A stretch of DNA of 59,948 bases, the filler included, from Globobulimina sp. (lineage: Eukaryota): NCBI GenBank assembly GCA_003354225.1. It is 10 parts of 10 records of this genome, joined end to end, with 100 filler letters (N's around TTAATTAATTAA, not from the genome) between each part and the next. Parts side by side here need not be neighbours in the genome. Positions count along the whole stretch, not along the records: positions 6,018 to 11,934 come from PIVH01000402.1; positions 12,035 to 17,950 come from PIVH01000403.1; positions 18,051 to 23,958 come from PIVH01000404.1; 7 more parts are not named here. One strand, given 5' to 3'. This document shows positions 9,992 through 22,500 of the stretch, one piece after another. Each line of letters starts with the position of its first letter. The stretch's first letter is position 1. The translations under genes were made by a program, and so were the position numbers. Below the pieces are notes generated by a model that saw only the letters and a list, made by a program, of their open reading frames with translations, did not search any database and was not told the DNA's origin.

Positions 9992-11902
9992 GCCGATCCA
10001 ACCACAGATCCCACGGCTGATCCAACCAAATCACCAACAAATAAACCAACGCGTGATCCCACTGTAAGTAATGGCTATGATTCTTATTTCGAGATTACTT
10101 ATTTAATGGAAAATTGTACCGATCGAGTTTTGAAACTAATAACAGAAAATGCACCAAATGTATTTGCAAATATTACATTGTTTGTAGAGGCCGCGTACGC
10201 TGAGGAAACTGGATTGCAATACAACAATTTTTGGGTTCTGATACAGAACGTGGATGATATTCAAATTGAAGAGATTGGGGATGATAAATCTGACGGAACT
10301 CTGCTTCGCTGGAGAATTAAACGTAAAATATTTATTCATGCCAAAGTGTATTGCAATGAAGATTTTTGTAATTATTTAGCAACTTATAATCAACATGAAT
10401 TTGAATCCAATACGCAAGCAAAAATTCGAAAATATTTTAATGAGACAGTTCTAATGAATGCAAACGCAGATATTGAGGATGGTGGCAATGGAATAACATT
10501 TTCAATTTATAAGGCGGATGGCATTGAGGTCAAAGAATTAAATCCAACAATTCCCAATCCATGGTTTGATCCGGTAATCATTGGCCTTTTCTCATTTATT
10601 GGGATTATGATAATTTTATCGATTTTTTCATTGTTGCATAAAATTCAAAAATTACCGTGTTGCACCAAAACTATTATTGACGATACAATGTGGTTCGTGC
10701 CAATGCTGTTCGCCTTACAAATTTGGGATTTTGTGAGTGATATAAATTTAAGCATTGAAATGGTGTCAAATTATGGGTTCGGAGTCAAGAAAGGGAAGGA
10801 AATATTTTTTGTATGTACATTGGGATCAATATTTTTTATAATTGTGCCATATACATTTAATTTGGTGATGGCGTGCACCATTAAACGCCTTGTATCAAGA
10901 AATGAAACTGCCGCATCATATTATGATCATCGTATTGCTATATTTGTGACTATCGTATGTTTTTCAGGAAGCACCTTCACTGCGTTACAGTTTACCTCGT
11001 CTGCGATATTCGGACTTAATATAATTAATTCCGGATTGACTGATTATGAAATTAACGAATTATCCAAATTAAAAGTTTTTGGTACTATATTTTGCGAAAA
11101 TGTGCCTCAACTTCTTATTCAATTAATATATTCTTCGGCTTTAAATTCTATTTCGCCGAATGTTGTATTATCATTTACTGCGTCATCAATCAGTGTTATT
11201 TCTGCAATGCTTTCTTATATTATACAACAACGGGATGGCAGTGATAAAAGAAGAGTTTATCGCTATAATTTGAGATTTAATAAACAAAATGGAATTGTTA
11301 CTGCAGATGAAACAAAATTATTATTGAAGAATAAAGGAAGGACAGAAACAATGTCAAAAATGATTGCGGAAATATTTCAAACTCCACATAAAAATATTCA
11401 AATTTCTAAACAATGCATTCCAACACAATATGGATTGGTATTTTATGTGGTTCATTGTTTAAATGAAACTGAATTAAGGGATGATGAGAATGATTATGTG
11501 ATTGCTGCAAAAGTGTATGTCGAACAAGTATATAAACAATATGCAAATGAATTTAATGTCAGGTTTCGGGATCATTTTGGTTTACGTAATATTAATTATA
11601 CCATCTCAATTAATAAATCATTGACTGTCTCGATGACAAAGACCAAATCAATATTACTTAAAACTATTAAATCCGCAATAGATTTACATACCACACCAAC
11701 TGCACAAATTGAATTACAATCAGTTGGAACATCAAATGGAGATAAATTGGCATTTGGAGAGGAGAAAAATGATGCATTAGAAATTAAAGCCAATCAAGAT
11801 ACAACAACACAATCCGCCGAGTCATATGATGATGGATCAAAACCTGATATGTTTGATGTTCTATCAAATTCAGACAGTGAGGTACCATTGTTATATTGTT
11901 GA
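9992..11902 (+). CDS. 5'-truncated surface protein with PT/DPT stalk and XK-related-like multi-TM domain
   Basis: Frame is open from 9992 (ADPTTDPTADPTKSPTNKPTRDPT), preceded directly by TGA; TM block contains WDFVSDINL and ENVPQLLIQL (ExxPQ motif of the XK family). Confidence 0.6.
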   Translation, partial: ADPTTDPTADPTKSPTNKPTRDPTVSNGYDSYFEITYLMENCTDRVLKLITENAPNVFANITLFVEAAYAEETGLQYNNFWVLIQNVDDIQIEEIGDDKSDGTLLRWRIKRKIFIHAKVYCNEDFCNYLATYNQHEFESNTQAKIRKYFNETVLMNANADIEDGGNGITFSIYKADGIEVKELNPTIPNPWFDPVIIGLFSFIGIMIILSIFSLLHKIQKLPCCTKTIIDDTMWFVPMLFALQIWDFVSDINLSIEMVSNYGFGVKKGKEIFFVCTLGSIFFIIVPYTFNLVMACTIKRLVSRNETAASYYDHRIAIFVTIVCFSGSTFTALQFTSSAIFGLNIINSGLTDYEINELSKLKVFGTIFCENVPQLLIQLIYSSALNSISPNVVLSFTASSISVISAMLSYIIQQRDGSDKRRVYRYNLRFNKQNGIVTADETKLLLKNKGRTETMSKMIAEIFQTPHKNIQISKQCIPTQYGLVFYVVHCLNETELRDDENDYVIAAKVYVEQVYKQYANEFNVRFRDHFGLRNINYTISINKSLTVSMTKTKSILLKTIKSAIDLHTTPTAQIELQSVGTSNGDKLAFGEEKNDALEIKANQDTTTQSAESYDDGSKPDMFDVLSNSDSEVPLLYC

Positions 11903-12034
11903 GTGATTTGCGTTGGTCGTTAAAAAAACGCAATNNNNNNNNNNNNNNNNNNNNNNNNNNNNNNNNNNNNNNNNNNNNTTAATTAATTAANNNNNNNNNN
12001 NNNNNNNNNNNNNNNNNNNNNNNNNNNNNNNNNN

Positions 12035-15000
12035 GCACCACGGTGGTCTTGCCACAACCGGTGGGCCCCACTAATAACACCGGCTCATTGCACCGCAAAC
12101 ATTCATTAGTTAACGTATACAATCGCTTCATGTCAAAGGTCCACGTTATGCTCTCCAATCCGCGTAATCCATTCACTAATAAGTCTGCATTTTTATTTTC
12201 CAATCTATCCGCATTCAAAATAGTTTCTAACCGCTCGCTCAATTCAGTGGTATTCACACTGTTATTATACAGCGCATACTCATCCACTTTATATTGGCAA
12301 TTATCATTTATAATGTCTTGAACCACGGCCTTCTCAGCCTTTGTCCGACAGCGTTCAGCCAATAACATAAATCCTTGTTGTGCCAATTCTTGATATCCAG
12401 TAATTCCTCGCTCGCCCCATCGAAATAAGTCGCGCGCAGTGATCGAGTGCCTGCCTTGAAATACATTGCTGCGGATCCGAATTTGTAGCAAATCTTGCAT
12501 ACATTTGATCATTTTCGGAGCAAAGGGTCCCACACCGCATCTTTTCCTTAAAATCTCCACCAATTCACCACTCGGTATGTCATCAATGGGTAATTCAATA
12601 AATCTATTCTTAAAAGCCCGGCTTAGTTGTTTTCTTCCACCGTAAATCCCGGCGGGATTCTGCGTGGCAAACAGCATAAAATGCGAATGCGGTTTGATAA
12701 CTTGTTGGGTTTCGGGTATAATTAGTTCCCGATTATCGTCCAATAATCTGTTCAAAGCCTCCAATACTTCACTCGGCGCTAAATTCAATTCATCCAAAAT
12801 CACCCACCAGCCATTCCGCACTGCTTTGGCTAAAATGCCTTCTTCAAAGCGCAGTTTGCCACTATTTGCGTCGGTGATGTAGCTGCCGGTATACTCCTCG
12901 ATATCTGTGTGTTGATGGTTGTTGATGCGGACACATTTATGTCGGGTTAAGCGCGCAATATATTCAACCAACGAAGTTTTGCCACTCGACGTTGGCCCTT
13001 CTAACAATATCGGATAGTTTTGGCCGCTGCCAATGATCCGGCACAAATCTCTTAATCTCGCATTGATGCTCTCTGTGATGACAAACGTTTGTTTCTGGGT
13101 TTGAGCTTCCAGTGTTTCATCGGTTAAGTCGCCTAAAGCTAGAATAAATTTTGAGCGTTGCATGAATTTATGTGCGTATTTACTGGGGATTTTATGCACT
13201 GAGCAGAGGGATTGCAATAAGGTGTGGTTTACGTTTGCGTCGTGTGCTAAATTGATATTAAACAAATATTTCTTGATATATTGATCCATGACAACTTTGC
13301 TGGATTTGCGCAACGGAGTAATGAACATCATACAAAAGCCTTCGTATAAGGCGCGATTGAATGAATATTTATTAAATTGATACTCTTCTTCTCGCGTAGT
13401 GTACACATATTGCAATGCACGAACTAATGAACGCAGATTAAAATGTGGTTTCTTATTATCGCACGTTAAAAACTCATCAGATTTGCGGCGAACCAATAAG
13501 TAAAAAGCCACAATGCCGTCGATATTATGCTGTGGGTTGATAAATAAACTGACGATTTTCTTCAAATCCTTTGCTTGATCCACTTCGTCCACATAAAACT
13601 CGGTGAATCTGTCGCGAATCCACGGCGCTAATTCTTTTTTGCCATAATCTGTGGGCGGGTTCATATTGGCAAACAATCGGAAATTGGGATGTCTTTTAAT
13701 TGTCTTTGTTTCGCCCTTTTCAATCAATGTGATGGACGACGAGGATAGGGACGAAATGTCCAATTTGTCCAATACACCGCATAAACGGCCCAAGCTCTCA
13801 CTGGAAGCCAAATTAATTTCATCCAATAATAACCAATGGCCGTTCTCTAAGGCTCTGATCAATGTACCACTCACAAAGTTGAATGCAAAAGAATCGCGAA
13901 CTTGGATGACTGAGCCGTGCAGTTTCAGCACTTTGTCATACAATGTTTGCCATTCCCCGGCAAAGTCTGTTTGTCTCTGCGCAAAGGAGGTTGCTTTGCA
14001 TGTAACCGATGATAATTTCTGTTTTTTGGTGGCGGATTGCAATGCATCGTCATCATAGCCATTCGTTTCAAATTCTTTTCTTTTGCGTTTGTGGTGCTTT
14101 GCATTTGTTTGTTTCTCCCAATAAGCCAATAAAGATTGAATCAAAGTTTTTAATAATTCGACCAATTTGATCCATTTCCGCTGTTCAAACGCTTGTTGAA
14201 TGGACCTCAAATATTTGCGATTCGGCGCCGAAGCAATCTTATTATTTGCAAATGTTTTGGGATATAATCGGCCAAATTCATTCATGATCGGTATGGCATT
14301 GACGCGAATATCGGTCGGTTTGTACCCTCCTAAAAAATCCGTACTGTCCGTAGATTGACTCAAGTTTTGCACAATCAAATGTTGGCCAGTTTTGTGCGCT
14401 AAATATTGAATGACGGCAGTTTTGCCGTTACCGGTCTCGCCGACTAATAATACTGCTTCGTTCCAACGGATACAACACGAGATTTGCTCCATTAATGCCA
14501 ATGAATGGCGAGTTAATACGAAATTGTGTTTCCTTTGTTTCCTTTTCTCAAATTTGCATTTTTTTAAACGAATTCGAGTCTCATTATCTTTGTTATAAAT
14601 AAACTTAAAATGGGTCTCTTCTTCCTTAAATTGTGGGATTCTTTGCGTCAAAACATATTCAATTCGCGTTGGGTCGCAATTTAAAATATGGCCAATACAT
14701 TTGGCCACAAATAGTCGCAATGATTTATCCGCAATCAGCGCAATAAAACAATCGTAAGCGTCTAACAATATTTTCTCGCCTAAAGCAGTCGACATTGTAC
14801 TGCCTTTATAATTAACCAACGACAAATTGCTCTCAATTCGGTGCCCAAATTTAATGAAATCTCGCGCAGTGATACTCCTATTCCCATACAACGCGGAGAG
14901 CAGTATTTTCTTACCATCCACATCAATGTGCATTGTATTGGCCGATGCGGGCAATAATATTTTAAAAATCTGCTCAAAATGCTCCATAAAGGGATGAATG

Positions 15001-16649
15001 TGCACATATTTCCGATTGAGAATACTTTTGACGTCGATTAGGTTTAATGGTAATAAATGAATTCGAGTCAATAGATTTTCGATGATCATCATATGGTTTT
15101 TGTTGTTGCCGTCGTTTTGCGAGTATCTCCGCGTTTGTTTGGTGGCAATGAATTGAAACGAAGGATGTGCCGCAATGACCTGATTCCTTCCGGGTATTAA
15201 TAGTTTGCGGGATTCTAACAATGGAATCAACGCAGATATAATCTCAAACGAAGCATGATGCAAATTCTCAATAATCAGCCATCTGCCCTGCGATATTGCT
15301 TGTGTTAAAGAGCCGGGTTTCCACTTGAATTCGCCTGGGATATCCGTACAAATATAAGTGCCAAATAAGGTCTTTGCATCGATCTGATCGTCTAAATAGA
15401 TTTTAACAGCACGCGATAATCGGTTTGTAAGTGTGCCCAAATAATGAATCAATGAGGTTTTGCCGGAAGAGGGCGGTCCTTCGATTAAAAGAGGCGAATG
15501 GTTTGACAGTGCCAAGGCTGCCGAACGTATTCCGTCATAGTTTGAGGTGGTACTTATAAACGACGAGGCTTCCAATTCTGACATCGATGCAAATTGCTTA
15601 TTATTATTATTGTATTTGGGCAGTAAAATGCCATTGACATTGACCCAATGTTTTGATATTTGCTCTATTTCATCCTGTTCCATATCATTGTCATCCAATT
15701 TATTCTCATTGGTTTGATTTAAAATGATATGCTGAGAGAGTTTTATTTTGGATAAATAGTTTTTTATTTCTTTGATTTGTGTTGGATTTAAACAGTGATT
15801 TGATGAAAAACGATTCAATCGATTCGGATTTATACACATAAACTTAGCAATACATTGCATTAAATACCATTTACAGTCACTTGGCTTGTTTGATAATGCG
15901 AAGATTGACAATAATCCGATCCATTCATTTTGCCACAACTCCACAAATATTCTGCTATTAATCATTAATAAGCGATACGCGGTTTGTAGCAGAATATTGC
16001 ATCGATGTAAATAATAATCATTGTCTTTGCTTTGTCCTTTCTTATTTTTGGTGTTTAATCTTTTAAATAATGCGAAGGGCAATGGATTATTTGCGGTGAT
16101 ATCGGGAATTATTAAGGTGATTTGCGATAAAATTGGCAGTAAATTATATAATGAATCTTCAATCACTCGTAAAAACACTTCATTTTTATCCTTATTTTGA
16201 ATGCAAAGTAATGGGTAAATATCAGTTAATAATGAGAGTTGTTTCGAATTTGAATGATTTAAATATTGCGATAAAATTTCAAATGTTTGAGTCAGAATAA
16301 CTGGTAAATACGGCCGATAATTATACAAAATTGAATGTGACAACTCTTTGCATAAAATGAGTATGGAGAGACAGAGTATGTTTTGATTCGACAGTTTGTG
16401 TTTACTATTTGTGTGCGATTCGGTCAATGACTTCAATATCGATGAGGTTGATAATGTGGATGAAGTGAATGAGAATACATTTTCAATTATGAATACATTT
16501 GTAAATTGATTACTGTGCAGTTTGATTGATGATGGCTGATTGTGCCTATTTTTATCATTAATCAGTGCTTCCAACAGCTTGTTCAAATCGTATGTCATAC
16601 AGTCGGTGTTGTCCGTTGATTCCTCATTAAATTGTTTAGTAAATTCCAT
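12035..16649 (-). CDS. MDN1: Midasin (Rea1/MDN1) AAA+ ATPase, N-terminal part, truncated by contig end
   Basis: Tandem AAA modules with Walker A GPPSSGKT, GETGNGKT, GPTSSGKT, GPTGCGKT; LLDEINLA, LDELNLAPSEVLEALNRLLDDNREL, FATQNP..YGGRK.LSRAF.NRF. Confidence 0.96.
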
Positions 16650-16735
16650 GATCACTTTGTACTACACACTAAAACAAAAACTTACTCAATTTACACAAAA
16701 TGCAACCCGTTTCACATATTAGTAATCCATTGCGA

Positions 16736-17560
16736 ATGGAACGTGCATATGACAGGGAAAGCAGTCCGGAAATGAAGACTCAATCAGCAAACAGGAAAAG
16801 AAAATTCAATTTTTTTATTGAAAGTAATAATGGTCCGGCAAAAAGAAGAAAATTAAATATTGAATCATATAAAAAGAAAAAATCACAAACTTAAATTATT
16901 GAAATGAGCAATGCACAAAAAAAAGAATATTATCGCTATTTGAATACAAGAACCTCGTTATATTTTATTTTACACGCTTTGGAGAATTTTATTCATTACA
17001 AACAAACGGATGGTGATGGCGGAGAATATATTGCCATTAATAAGACATGTAAGAGACCGCTTAAATTGATGCTTTTGGAGGATCCACAACAAACATTGGA
17101 TACATATTTATTTTCAAAAATTACGCGCACAAACAAAGCAATCCGATTATATATCCATACTGATATTGATTATACGCAAATATATTCACAATATGTCAAT
17201 TCTGCATATAAATGTTTCAATAAATTATCGGATGCGGTTCCAAGCGGATATCATATGTTAACATTCAGTGCAAATGGAGACACTGGCAATGAGATACATT
17301 GTGCGTTAAACGAGAATGAAAATAAAAATAATTTACGATATTATGGTGTTGTCGCATTTAAATATGATGATGAAAGAAAAAGAAATAATAATAATAATAA
17401 GAATCCAGATATATTACCACAAAGTAATGATAAATCAGATACAAATTTAAATTGTATTGAGAATGCAGCAAATATATGTCCTCCGCATTCATTTCAAAGT
17501 ACGCATGACAGCAAATCATTATTTTGTCCAGCATGCGGCCAAAGTATTTCTTTGCAGTAA
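16736..17560 (+). CDS. Hypothetical, probably nuclear protein (NLS-like PAKRRK; C-terminal CPAC); one in-frame TAA at 16892-16894
   Basis: ORFs 16700-16894 and 16904-17560 share a frame, separated by one TAA; head-to-head with midasin. Confidence 0.4.
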
Positions 17561-18050
17561 ATGATTTACAGTATTTCTTTGCAGTATTTCTTTGCCAAAT
17601 CAATGACCTTTGTGATGACATTAAATTTGATTAAACCCTAAATCGCTATTTACTTGAATTAATTCAGCCATGTCATGATTAAAGAAATTTGCCGGAACAG
17701 TAGCATTGTGACAAAATTCAATCGGGCCTTAAGTCCGATTCCAGGCTTAGAAAGTGAAGTTTTTTGTCACTTTCATCCAGAATCACATATATTGTGTAAA
17801 TCAAACCCAAATCATGCAGGAGATAATTGCTGAGGTATAAAATGCCTCACTGTATCGTTTATATCCTTTTTGTTCGACCCATGATAAAAATAAACAGGAA
17901 TCAATGTCTATTGACAGTGAGTCGTCACGTGACGAATCCGAAGATGAGCGNNNNNNNNNNNNNNNNNNNNNNNNNNNNNNNNNNNNNNNNNNNNTTAATT
18001 AATTAANNNNNNNNNNNNNNNNNNNNNNNNNNNNNNNNNNNNNNNNNNNN

Positions 18051-19130
18051 TGGGGACATTTTATTAATGGATGCAAATGCGATGAACCATCTTGTTTATG
18101 CTGCCACAGATCGCGCCACATTCGGACTTTGAATATATTGATTTGTTCAGATTCATATAATATGGTGAAATTATTTGAAAATTTATTTAATATTATCACG
18201 AATTGGAAAGATATTAATTTACAAAATATTGATCATTATAAATTAATACATTGCCAAGTCACGAATACTTTGGAGATTTCGGAGTTATTCAAAATCATCG
18301 ATTCAAACAATCAAACAATTTTGGATACAAATAACCAAAATGAAGAGAAAAAACAAGAGAATTTTTGTGCGGCCGCTAAACAGAAAAATAATAATAACCA
18401 CAGCAGCAATCCCCTACGAAATACAAACCCAAACCCCTCCAATAACAATAACTCCGCACCGATGAAAACTGACATATTATTACCCTCTGATTCCTTATTG
18501 ACTGCAGAGACACAATTATTAAACCATGGATTGGTGGATGAGGACTTTGATAGTACGCCACCTCAATTTGTCGAATTTGATGAAAGAAAAGATATTATTT
18601 TGCAACCAGATAAAAAATTGGCCGACACACAAACCAAAGATACAAAAAAGAATACGCCAATCACAAACAATCCATATATTGATACGGCGCTATTAGAATC
18701 CATTAATAATAGTGAATTATTCCAAAACTTACAAAATCAACAATTTACCAACAACTTCGCGCATTTAACCACAAATAACCAACCAATCACTACCAATAAC
18801 ACACCATTATCAGTTGATGCATTATATTCATTTGACGTCGACCAAGAAATGGAAACAAATAATAATAATATCCAACATCGCCGCAAACCTCAACCGCGCC
18901 AAATATTACATTCAGTGGAGATATCACCAAAGATGCCGAAATATGTAAAGAAAAGAAGCAACAAATCAGAGACTTTTGGCGTGAATATGCAAAGCGAGAA
19001 ATTACAGAAAACAGCCAATCAGAAAAAGGTAGCAAACACCTTACCGTTCAAAAATAACCGACAAAAAAGAAAAGACAAATCGCCAAAAAAGAGAACCTCT
19101 AAAGTACCAATCAAACGCGTTAAAAAATGA
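18051..19130 (+). CDS. LINE ORF1 (gag-like), 5'-truncated
   Basis: Frame is open from the contig start (WGHFINGCKCDEPSCLCCHRSRH, like the end of a CCHC knuckle); N/Q-rich middle and basic C-terminus. Confidence 0.6.
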   Translation, partial: WGHFINGCKCDEPSCLCCHRSRHIRTLNILICSDSYNMVKLFENLFNIITNWKDINLQNIDHYKLIHCQVTNTLEISELFKIIDSNNQTILDTNNQNEEKKQENFCAAAKQKNNNNHSSNPLRNTNPNPSNNNNSAPMKTDILLPSDSLLTAETQLLNHGLVDEDFDSTPPQFVEFDERKDIILQPDKKLADTQTKDTKKNTPITNNPYIDTALLESINNSELFQNLQNQQFTNNFAHLTTNNQPITTNNTPLSVDALYSFDVDQEMETNNNNIQHRRKPQPRQILHSVEISPKMPKYVKKRSNKSETFGVNMQSEKLQKTANQKKVANTLPFKNNRQKRKDKSPKKRTSKVPIKRVKK

Positions 19131-19561
19131 TAAAAAAGTTATCTTCCAATAAACTAAAATTAGCAACCAACCAAGTCCCGATTTGTAATATATATAATAA
19201 TTTACTCTATTTTCCTTTAATTATCTTATTAATTTTCTTAGTTTCTTTTTTCGTTTATTATCTATCTTTCTATGCCATTAATTTTGTGATTGACATTAAA
19301 AAAGACAGAGACCATTTTGTTTTTACAGATTTGCTAATTGTGATTTTTTCCCATTGCAATCTGACAATATCGACAAAATACTCTACTTTTCCTGTATGTA
19401 ATCTGTGTATTAAGCCCCAAAAAAATCCTGTTTATTCATTAATAATTCAATTACAATCCTATAGAGACACTGGCACAATTTTAAAAGTACTAAACTTATC
19501 ACGAAGTAAACTTAAGCAAACAAACAAGTCTCCCTTAAATATAAATTATGGTAAAATATAA
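19127..19561 (+). CDS. Intervening LINE ORF, 144 aa, with a predicted TM helix
   Basis: ATG overlaps the ORF1 stop (ATGA); hydrophobic LLYFPLIILLIFLVSFFVYYLSFYAINFVI; its end overlaps the ORF2 ATG at 19548. Confidence 0.4.
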   Translation: MIKKLSSNKLKLATNQVPICNIYNNLLYFPLIILLIFLVSFFVYYLSFYAINFVIDIKKDRDHFVFTDLLIVIFSHCNLTISTKYSTFPVCNLCIKPQKNPVYSLIIQLQSYRDTGTILKVLNLSRSKLKQTNKSPLNINYGKI

Positions 19562-22500
19562 CATTTTACAATACAACGTAAGTGGGATAATAGCCCCATC
19601 CAATATGTCGCAAGAAGATAAATGTCGGAGAATACATCAAATAATGCTATCTCGACAGGTTGACTTCTGATTCAAGAATGGAGTGCAACTTTGAGATATG
19701 CAATATCTCCGAATAACTCCATATATATTGATAAGAATAATAAATCCCATTCACTCAAGTTTCCAATCAGATTTTTCCCCAAATATAAAGTCCATTATTC
19801 TGGCACTGAAACTGCCATATTATATAGAGATACTTTATTAGTCACTCCATTAAATTCACCACCAAATTATAACCATGATACGCGAACAAAAAACTGTCAT
19901 ATAACAAGCATAATCCTCCACAGCGGAGACACCGATATTGGAATACATTCCCTTTATAATTGCCCCCGCAATCCAAATATTGACCAACTGTTCGATTACC
20001 CAATAACCACAGATAAAAACATAATAGCGGGAGATTTTAACATTCCAAATATGATATGGGGCAGTAATAGATCCACAAATGAGTCAGACAATTTCATTGA
20101 TGGTCTAAATTACCTTGGAATGCAAATATTAAACATATCAAATCCATCATATACCCATATACATAAATCATGCCAAACCAAATCCTCAATAGATCTAACA
20201 TTAATTTCCAATGACTTGAAACATACAAACTGGTCTATTCTCCATACATTATATGATCCAAACTGCTCTGACCACGTTCCTATTGGAACCACCTTTGAAG
20301 TTGAGAGTGACTTTGGTTTTAGTGAAACAAAGAAAACTTGGAACCTCTCGGATTTTAGAAAGTGGAGCAAATACACAAACTCATTAGAAATCAATATAAA
20401 AGATACTATATTTGACCCAGATCCAAATGCATATACAGAGCAACTTACGTATCTGATCCTATATACAGCGGAGCAATCCATAGGATACAAATATTATTAC
20501 CGTGGCCACAAACCATGGTGGAATAATAAAATCAAAAAACTAAAGAAACGCTGTAAACGACTTAGGCGCCGAATCCAAAGAATGAAAAAGAGAGCAAAGC
20601 GGAATTCCACGGATTTCCACATCTTTCCCAAATATAAGCGATTAAAACCTATTTTAAATGCATTGCAATCCAAGAAATTGAAAACTATCCAAAAAGCTAA
20701 ATCTGAATATAATATCCGCATAAATAAATATATACAAACATGCAAAGACTATGGCCGCCGTTTCTGGCGAACCATTTCAAATAATAAATCAAATGGGATT
20801 AATACAAATAATATTCCCCCACTAAAATATAAAAATAATCCCAATATAATTGACCCATACCAACAAGCAAAAGCATTACAAGAGGCTATGACTAGACCTC
20901 CTAAACACAAAACAAGTGATAAATACAATAAATGGCACAAATACATAAATGAATTTGTCCCCGAGTTCCTCAGTAACCATAGAAAGACACCAATAAATGA
21001 TAAAAATGATCTACATAATATAATGAATGATAAAATTAAACAAAATAATAAATCTAAAATCCATAATCCATCACAAATAAATACAGAAATCCCAATTCCA
21101 AATAATGAGTATAAAATATTAAATGATCCGATATTGCGATATGAAATTCGATCTGTTATACGAAATCTGGACACACATAAAGCGTATGGCCCAGACAGAA
21201 TCCATAACCAAATGATAAAACACGGCGGAGAACCGCTCATTGACTGTTTGCTTCCTCTATTTAATAATTGTATGACCAAAGGAGTATTTCCAACGTATTG
21301 GAATTTCTCCCACTTACTACCAATTCCAAAGCCTAATAAAGACCACAGCAACCCTAAAAACTACAGACCCATTGCTATATCTTCTTGCCTAGGCAGAGTT
21401 TTTGAGAAAATCTTAGCGAATAGACTCCAACATTTTTGTGTTGAGAAAAAGATATTTGACAATTTCCAATGTGGTTTTCAAATAAACCGATGCTGTGACG
21501 ACGTCCTTACAACTTTTATAACTGACATACAAACATCTTTTGATATGGTCAGTGATACTGACGTTGTATTCACGGACTTCTCAAAAGCTTATGATAGCGT
21601 CTGGCATAATGGCTTATTATATAAATTAATTAAAAATAATATAAAAGGAAATATACTAAATGTACTTGCTTCCTTTATTCAAACGAGATACACAAAAGTT
21701 ATTGCAAAAAAGGCAGAGTCTAACTGGGTTGCCCAACCAATTGGTGTTCCACAAGGCTCTGCACTTTCCCCTATCCTATACATAATATTCACAAATGATT
21801 TTAAGTTAAATTATCCAAACTTTGTCCACTTTGCCTGCTTTGCAGATGATACTGCGTTTTGGACAAGCCCTGGAACAAAGGATCAAATCCGATACAAGTT
21901 CCTCCAAAAAGAATTAAACAATTTCGGTGATTGGTGTATAAAATGGCAACTGATGATTAATCCATCAAAGTGCCTATCCATGAACTTCTCCCATAGCAAT
22001 CCTATCAAATACTATCCGAAATATCAACATAAAATAGATCCAAATACCAATAAACCATTAAGAATAAGTAAGTATAACATTCATTCGATCCCTATAAAAT
22101 ATGAAAAAACGGCCAGATATCTTGGGCTGTGGTTTGATGAACGTCTCAATTTCCACGCCCATTTTGCCAAAATTAAAGCCAAAACCATGCGGAGCTATTG
22201 GAGGCTTTTTTTCACAATGAAATCTGGCGTAAAATTAACCCCGCTCTCCATAGCAATCCTATATAAATCCCTCGCTCGCTCCAGAATAGAATATGGTTTA
22301 TCCCATTACTTCCCATATGACTCCAAACACCTTTTAAAAATCCTCCAAAATAAGTTCCTCCGATTAGCCATTCCATGCAGATTGGACTCACCAATGGATA
22401 TCATCCAATTCCTCCTAAAAATAGAACCAATAAAGAATAGAGCCCATTATTTGACAATGCGGCAACTAGCCAGAGTTTATTATAACGACGAATACCATCC

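Noticed and set aside
16892-16894. In-frame TAA suggesting stop-codon reassignment or readthrough
   Set aside because: Long conserved genes (midasin, tubulin, kinase, LINE ORF2) contain no in-frame stops, and TAA, TAG and TGA all end genes here; a nonsense mutation or a later start is simpler.
17543-17770. Three AGTATTTCTTTGC copies and a small hairpin at 17708-17770
   Set aside because: Short, with arms of 9 bp or less in AT-rich DNA; compatible with slippage and chance.
17922-17935. Perfect 14-bp palindrome TCGTCACGTGACGA (E-box-like)
   Set aside because: Single occurrence, probably inside the start of a coding region (MSIDSESSRDESEDE) cut by the contig end.
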